A DNA stretch of 64,000 bases, from IMG/VR virus record IMGVR_UViG_3300008116_000002; one strand, written 5' to 3'. Source of the stretch: a virus. Taxonomy: Duplodnaviria > Caudoviricetes. The notes beneath the pieces were generated by a model that worked only from the letters and a program-made list of their open reading frames with translations, was not told where the DNA came from and ran no database searches. Positions within the stretch are counted from its first letter, which is position 1. Each line of letters begins with the position of its first letter. This document shows positions 58,143 through 64,000 of this stretch, piece by piece. A program made the position numbers and the translations under genes.

Positions 58143-59732
58143 TTGGCAGCTCAAACATTTGTAATTCAAGTTAGAACGGGTGGGGTCACTGGACCTGTTA
58201 TTGCCACAAGTCCTACTATTACATTAAATGATACTAGTACCGTATCTTCTCCTTATACGTTAACTACCAGTGCAAGCGAAATAAATGAAGGCTCTGAAGT
58301 AACTATTAGTGTTTATACTGTTGGTCTACCAAACGGAACTCTGTTACCATATACAATTTCTGGATCAGGAATAGACTTAGATGATTTCGTTGGATTAACA
58401 TCCTTATCTGGTTCTTTTAGAATAACAAATAATTTTGGAAGCGTAAGGTTAGTTCTAAAAAATGATCTAAAAACTGAATTAGATGAAACGCTAACATTAA
58501 CATTGACCAGTACAGGAAATAATGAGAGCATTAATGTAATTATACGAGATACGTCTAAGACTACTAGCTTAGCAAACTTTTTTGTCAGTTCCCCGGTATC
58601 AGTAGTAGAAGAAGGTCAGGTTGCGAGATTTGATATTAGAGCAACTAATTTAGAACCAGGTACAGTTGTTCCTTATAGAATTTTAGGTATATCCCAAGAG
58701 GATTTAACTGGAGATTCCCAAACTGTAGGATATGTAACTTTTGTATCGGGTGCAGTTGAGGGAGAAACTTATGCAAATGTAAGTTTGTCAATATATGAGG
58801 ATTTTATAACTGAGGGACCTGAAAGTATAGTTTTACTTTTAGAACCAAGTTTTCCTTATACGTTACAATTATCTTCAACCATTTCAATAAAGGACACTAC
58901 TCTTAATCCCGGACCTACGTATAGTATAACTGCAAATAAAAATAGAGTATTCGAAAATGATACTATAGTATTTACGTTAGTCGCAACAAATGTACCAGCG
59001 GGTGGTATTGTTCCTTGGCAAATTGCAGAATTCGAACCAGACACTCCCGAAATAACTGTAAGCGATTTTTCGGGCATAACTAGCCTTACCGGAAACTTCC
59101 CTCCTCTGGTAGAAATTTCTACAGGGGTTTTTAGCTCAAATATAACTTTATCTATACGAGATGATTTAGTTTTTGAACAGTCTGAATATTTTTATGTGTT
59201 TATACCAGGCACAAGAATAGGTTCTCAGGTTGTAGAAATTATAGATTCAGGTAATACATTAATAACATCCGACGCTACTTTTTCCGGAAATATATTGGTT
59301 AATTTTTTAGACCCCGCGGTGTTACGGGCAAATTTAGGTAGTTTAGCTTCGGGGGTTAGTTATTGGCAAGACACCACAGGACTAATCTCAGAGAATATGG
59401 TTATACAAGGAAAAACGCCATATGCAACTGAAGACTCCTTGGCATTGTATCAACCATTTTCTTACGTAATACGCTCAAAAGTTTCTATAGAAGAGTGGAG
59501 AGACTCAATAAAGGCTCTATTGCACCCCGCAGGAATGGTTATTTTTGGGGAAATAAATAATGAAACAACTACGGAAAACTTGTTAAGTTTAGAGGTTAAA
59601 GCAGTTTCTGATTCCACAATACGAACACAGGATTCCTTAACTATAGATGATACGGAAGTAAATGCAAGTACAACATCTATAGGTGGCTCAAATGTAACTG
59701 TAGATTCTCTGACATTTTCCTTTAATCTTTAA
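58143..59732 (+). CDS. Calx-beta-like repeat protein ending in gp7-type C-terminal domain
   Basis: Starts mid-repeat (AQTFVIQVRTG); ends YQPFSYVIRS...LHPAGMVIFGE. Confidence 0.75.
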   Translation: MAAQTFVIQVRTGGVTGPVIATSPTITLNDTSTVSSPYTLTTSASEINEGSEVTISVYTVGLPNGTLLPYTISGSGIDLDDFVGLTSLSGSFRITNNFGSVRLVLKNDLKTELDETLTLTLTSTGNNESINVIIRDTSKTTSLANFFVSSPVSVVEEGQVARFDIRATNLEPGTVVPYRILGISQEDLTGDSQTVGYVTFVSGAVEGETYANVSLSIYEDFITEGPESIVLLLEPSFPYTLQLSSTISIKDTTLNPGPTYSITANKNRVFENDTIVFTLVATNVPAGGIVPWQIAEFEPDTPEITVSDFSGITSLTGNFPPLVEISTGVFSSNITLSIRDDLVFEQSEYFYVFIPGTRIGSQVVEIIDSGNTLITSDATFSGNILVNFLDPAVLRANLGSLASGVSYWQDTTGLISENMVIQGKTPYATEDSLALYQPFSYVIRSKVSIEEWRDSIKALLHPAGMVIFGEINNETTTENLLSLEVKAVSDSTIRTQDSLTIDDTEVNASTTSIGGSNVTVDSLTFSFNL

Positions 59733-59738
59733 TAAATA
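59731..59738 (+). promoter_or_regulatory. late promoter variant
   Basis: AATAAATA before gp8. Confidence 0.65.
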
Positions 59739-59742
59739 ATAG

Positions 59743-61047
59743 ATGCCGAATTTAGTCACAAAACAATTTAAAATAAGTAATTCAAAGAATTTCATAGAAC
59801 AATTTTCAAGTTCTAGTGGAAATTCTTTGTATATGTTTTTAGCCAAACCTAGCGCTTGGGCGCCCGAGTCTGACACCCCGCCCGACCCTACAGATACTCA
59901 AAGAGATTATGCTAAGATTTGGGATGAGATTATAGCATTCAAAAAAATATCACCAGCGAATATTGTGAATGTAATTCGGAGGGTAAATTGGGTAGAGAAC
60001 ACGATTTACTCCGAATACGATAACGAAGATTTTAATCTTTTAAGTAAAGATTTCTTTGTCCTTAATAGAGAACTTGACGTATATAAATGTATCAGTAACA
60101 ATAATGGATCCCCTTCTAGAGTGGAACCTACGGGTAAAAGTTTAAATATTTTTATTACATCAGATGGTTACAAATGGAAATATTTGTATAGTATTTCTAA
60201 TTCCGATAGATTAAAGTTTCTAACAGATAATTGGATGCCTGTTAGAAAAAATGACGATGTTGCCTCAGTTGCAATAGATGGTGGCATAGAAAATATTAAG
60301 TTATATTCTGGAGGGATTGATTATTCCGCAAGAGCAAGAGTAATTGTAGAGGGTGATGGCATATCTGCTAATGTCGGAACTAGACAAAGCTTAGGCGTAA
60401 TATATGATTTCGTATATCTTAACAGTGGTAGTAAATATAGATTCGCAAATGCGTATGTTTTAGATAGTGGAAATTCTCAGGGAAGAGGAGCAAACATACG
60501 AGCAATTATAAGCCCTATAGGTGGACATGGTTCAGATCCAATTTCAGAATTGGGAGCCCATTACATAATGATTAATGCAGTAACAGAATATAATGAAGGC
60601 ATTGGAGATTTTCCTGCAGGATTTACTTACAGAAAATTGGGACTAATAAAGAACCCAAAAAGTACTTCCGGTCAGGTGGCGAACGTATTAACATTAAGTG
60701 GTTTATCTGGAATATCTCTATCTAATGTAAATGGTATATTTTTAAATAACGAATTTATAGAGGGTATAACATCCTCCGCAAATGCCTTTGCAGTTACATC
60801 TAATGTAGTTTCGGGTAATGGTTTTGTTAGATATGTACAAGTAATAGATTTAACTAAAAACTTTGGTTCTTTTACTATCGGTGAAAATATTATAGGAAAA
60901 ACTTCTGGGGCGACTGCTAGAGTAGCAAATGTTTTAAGTGCGGAAGTTATTTCAGATACGGGTGAGATTTTTTATATAGAAAATAGAATACCAATAACTA
61001 AATCTCCAGATCAGACAGATAGTTTACATCTTGTACTAGAATTTTAA
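59743..61047 (+). CDS. 8: baseplate wedge subunit gp8
   Basis: RRVNW, VYKCISN...EPTG, DGYKWKYLY, GGHGSD, YIENR. Confidence 0.9.
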   Translation: MPNLVTKQFKISNSKNFIEQFSSSSGNSLYMFLAKPSAWAPESDTPPDPTDTQRDYAKIWDEIIAFKKISPANIVNVIRRVNWVENTIYSEYDNEDFNLLSKDFFVLNRELDVYKCISNNNGSPSRVEPTGKSLNIFITSDGYKWKYLYSISNSDRLKFLTDNWMPVRKNDDVASVAIDGGIENIKLYSGGIDYSARARVIVEGDGISANVGTRQSLGVIYDFVYLNSGSKYRFANAYVLDSGNSQGRGANIRAIISPIGGHGSDPISELGAHYIMINAVTEYNEGIGDFPAGFTYRKLGLIKNPKSTSGQVANVLTLSGLSGISLSNVNGIFLNNEFIEGITSSANAFAVTSNVVSGNGFVRYVQVIDLTKNFGSFTIGENIIGKTSGATARVANVLSAEVISDTGEIFYIENRIPITKSPDQTDSLHLVLEF

Positions 61048-61058
61048 GGAAAAATAAA

Positions 61059-64000
61059 ATGGCAGTAGATACTAGCGTTTCTCCATATTTCGATGATTTT
61101 AACGATTCCAAAAATTATGTTAGGGTTCTCTATAAACCCGGCGTCGCGGTACAAGCTAGAGAATTAACTCAAACACAGACTATACTTCAAAATCAGATTA
61201 AGTCTGTAGGTAATTTTTTATTTAAAGATGGTGCCAAGGTAACGGGCCCTAAACCTTCAGTTAATCTTGATGCTAGAACAGTTAAATTAAAACCTAATGA
61301 TTCTAGCGGGCAGGCTTTAAATTTAAATAACTTACTTAATACCTTTGTTACTGCGACTAATTCTGATGTATTGGGTTATGTAGATTTTGTTTTTACTGCG
61401 GATGATCCTAACATAGGCGACCCTCCCAGTGTAGTTATATCTTTAAAAAGATTTAATTCTACCAACGATGGAATGTTTGATCAAAATACAGAATTAAGTT
61501 TTTACCTAGATTATACTGATGCTTTACTTAAAAACGCACCGAACTATACTGCAGTTACGGCTGAAGATATAACTAAAAACGCATCAACAACTTTAAGTGC
61601 ATTTTCTTCAACTGCACTGTTAGATAATCCAAGTACAATTATTCAAGTTGGAGATCTTTTAGTTCATCCTGGATTAACTAAAAAGGTGTATGTTACTGCA
61701 CTTACAAGCACAACTCAAATTGAATTAAGTGAGGCTCCGGGAGTTACTTTTGGTAGCGAAAACGTTTCGTATGTCAATAAAGCAACTAATCCTACTTCCA
61801 TCTTTATTCAAGATGATGCGACTTTTTATAAATCGGGATTTTTCGTAAAATCAAATACTCAAAGTATTGTTCCAGATAAAAATACATCATATCCCACAAA
61901 GTTGATCGCATTTCTAAGTGATCAACAAATTATAACTAGTAATGATGACGCTAGCCTTTTAGATCCTGCACTTGAAAACTCAAATTATTTAGCACCAGGC
62001 GCGGATAGATTAAAAGTAGATTTAAATTTGGCCAGCTTAGATGTCATCGACGGACAAGCTACAGAAGATTCTCAAAATTTAATTCCTCTTTTGTTTTTTA
62101 ACAGAGGAAAAATAGAGTACATAACTGAAATTTCTAATGACGCAGAATTAGACAGAAAACTTGCGGAAAGAACATACGACGAATCGGGTAGTTACGTAGT
62201 AACGCCTTTTCAAATTATGCCCGAAAATACACTGGAGGAAGATAGTAACTTAGAGTTTACCATATCACCAGGCAAAGCGTATGTTGGTGGATATATGGTT
62301 AGAACCATCGATGCCACACGAATTACCGTACCTAAACCAACAGCAACTGAAACTAAAACTAATCACAACATTAATACCACGTATGGAAGTTATTTTAGAG
62401 TAAAAACGGTAACAAACTCTCTAACCAATCCTGCTGATCTTGAAGCAGCCTCAATGTTTTTAGAGTTACATAACGTAGAAAACCCTACAAGTACATCTTC
62501 TTTAGTTGGAATTATTTCATTTAAAAATTTAGAGTATGATACCTTTGTAAGCGGTGACTCTCCAGAGTATAAATTATTTTTCCATAGCTATTCTCCATCT
62601 AAAGATGTTCCTGCAACTTGGGATGCTTGGTCTGCGAAGTATAACATTCCTGCAGACGAAGGCAAATATATTGCAGATCAGTTATATACCAATAATGACT
62701 TATTAGGTAATTTTGGACCAGCATCGACTCCCTTTTATGGATTATTTAGAGAACCTGATACCGCGGGGGTGGCATTTTGGCACGGGGAATGGATTAAAAG
62801 CGGCAAAGATATTGCGAAAGTTAAAGCAGCATTTGCCTTAGCGATTCCTGCAGCAGATACAGCAGATTATGCAAGGGTAAGAACTAATTCTAAATCTTTT
62901 TTAGAAACATTAAATGGTAGTGTTTTTTATGATGGGTTACTTAATGTTAGAAAGATTAAAAGTATTATAGGGGTTGCCAACAATTTAACTAGCCAAGGCA
63001 CAAGTGCTACCTATAGCTCACCTTTCTTTAAAGCACTAATTTCAACCAGCGGAGTGGCGCAGAATGGTGACACTATTATCTTCGATAAGGATAAGCCTTC
63101 AGATAGTTTAGTTTATCCTATCAATAAAACATACATAAAACGTGTAGATAAAATTAGAACTATCTACAATAAGGTTGTTAAAAATGCGGTCTTTGCCGGA
63201 GGAACATTCTCTACAACATTATCTTTGCCCGAAACTTTCGCATTGGGGGATGGCACGATACCTCCTAGTACAGCAAGAGCAAATTTTACTGTTCTTGTTA
63301 AATCTGGAGCAACAGCTTCCATAAAACTGGGAGCTTTCAATTTTGAGACAGGAACGGTAACCATATCAGGAGATGCAGCAACATTAACTATTGATACCGG
63401 TGATGCTACATTTACTGGTTTAGCAGATGTTAGTTTAACTGTAGAAAATGATGAGACAGTTCCAAGGGTAAAAACTTTAGTAGAAAATCAGGCAAAGTTA
63501 ATAGATGTTGAACTAGCAGATCTTAAATATTCATTATTAAAATCAGACATTTTTTCTTTTGGTGGCGCACATAAGATATCTGATCCTACTCTTTATACTG
63601 GAGCGTGGAGTTCCTCTACAAACTATGATTATGATAAAATAGTACATTATTTAGGATCAGTATATAAAGCTAAACTTCCAACGTATAATGTTTCCCCTGC
63701 ATACTCAAATGCTTGGGCAATAGTAGAAAAAGAAGAAGCTTCCAGATACACATTCGATAATGGTCAGCGTGATAGTTTTTATGATCATGGCACAGTAACC
63801 TACGTAGGATCCGCAACCCCACCCGGTAATGTTCTAATAACATTCTCATACTTTACTCATACAGGGGATGGTCCTATTGTGGTTCAATCATACCCTGAAG
63901 ATATGTATACTAGAATTCCTGTATATCGTTCAGTTATTGATGCCAAAGATTATACTTTAAGAGATTGTATAGATTTTAGACCGAGAAGAGCAGATGATTC
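61059..64000 (+). CDS. large virion structural protein (DUF4815/VrlC-like), truncated by window end
   Basis: PYFDDF...VQARELTQ.QTILQNQI, APGADRLK, RTYDESGSY, PGKAYV, DCIDFRPR. Confidence 0.85.
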   Translation, partial: MAVDTSVSPYFDDFNDSKNYVRVLYKPGVAVQARELTQTQTILQNQIKSVGNFLFKDGAKVTGPKPSVNLDARTVKLKPNDSSGQALNLNNLLNTFVTATNSDVLGYVDFVFTADDPNIGDPPSVVISLKRFNSTNDGMFDQNTELSFYLDYTDALLKNAPNYTAVTAEDITKNASTTLSAFSSTALLDNPSTIIQVGDLLVHPGLTKKVYVTALTSTTQIELSEAPGVTFGSENVSYVNKATNPTSIFIQDDATFYKSGFFVKSNTQSIVPDKNTSYPTKLIAFLSDQQIITSNDDASLLDPALENSNYLAPGADRLKVDLNLASLDVIDGQATEDSQNLIPLLFFNRGKIEYITEISNDAELDRKLAERTYDESGSYVVTPFQIMPENTLEEDSNLEFTISPGKAYVGGYMVRTIDATRITVPKPTATETKTNHNINTTYGSYFRVKTVTNSLTNPADLEAASMFLELHNVENPTSTSSLVGIISFKNLEYDTFVSGDSPEYKLFFHSYSPSKDVPATWDAWSAKYNIPADEGKYIADQLYTNNDLLGNFGPASTPFYGLFREPDTAGVAFWHGEWIKSGKDIAKVKAAFALAIPAADTADYARVRTNSKSFLETLNGSVFYDGLLNVRKIKSIIGVANNLTSQGTSATYSSPFFKALISTSGVAQNGDTIIFDKDKPSDSLVYPINKTYIKRVDKIRTIYNKVVKNAVFAGGTFSTTLSLPETFALGDGTIPPSTARANFTVLVKSGATASIKLGAFNFETGTVTISGDAATLTIDTGDATFTGLADVSLTVENDETVPRVKTLVENQAKLIDVELADLKYSLLKSDIFSFGGAHKISDPTLYTGAWSSSTNYDYDKIVHYLGSVYKAKLPTYNVSPAYSNAWAIVEKEEASRYTFDNGQRDSFYDHGTVTYVGSATPPGNVLITFSYFTHTGDGPIVVQSYPEDMYTRIPVYRSVIDAKDYTLRDCIDFRPRRADD

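Noticed and set aside
8954-63364. Many opposite-strand or alternate-frame ORFs in the track (e.g. 8954-9217, 20967-21269, 22723-23052, 42077-42526, 48857-49162, 63164-63364)
   Set aside because: They are shadows of well-supported genes, with no RBS or recognisable motifs.
1-64000. Stop-codon reassignment (TAG or TGA readthrough code)
   Set aside because: Conserved genes are full-length under the standard code, and TAA, TAG and TGA all terminate recognisable genes.

Overview
64 kb of a large T4-like myophage genome. It has the aquatic T4-like gene set but no photosynthesis genes in this window. The PstS sequence and tmRNA tag suggest a proteobacterial, probably betaproteobacterial, host (inference). 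Layout: (1) 1-13.7 kb is an early region of small + strand ORFs behind near-consensus sigma70 promoters, with a 7-member paralog family and an AAA-ATPase island bounded by repeat-rich non-coding blocks. (2) 13.7-41 kb holds middle/replication and auxiliary genes: Nudix, PMM, RNase H, DsbA, ligase, an NDP-sugar cluster, pstS, phoH, MazG-like, two adhesin-like paralogs, exonuclease, a circularly permuted two-piece tmRNA, 2OG oxygenase, heme oxygenase plus bilin reductase, gp33, gp59 and gp32. (3) 41-45.6 kb is a minus-strand tail module: gp4, gp2, gp54, gp26, gp51 and a tape-measure-like gene. (4) 45.6-64 kb is the + strand baseplate module: gp48, gp53, hub, gp5, gp25, gp6, a split gp7 with an inserted S8 protease/Calx-beta-like unit, gp8 and a DUF4815-like gene running off the end. 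Strongest signals: the permuted tmRNA, three candidate translational recoding sites (20380, 43044-43050, 58111-58125), a protease apparently tethered to the baseplate wedge, a 107-aa module duplicated into two virion proteins, and two alternative adhesins sharing one docking domain. All product calls come from motif recognition by eye; no database searches were run.
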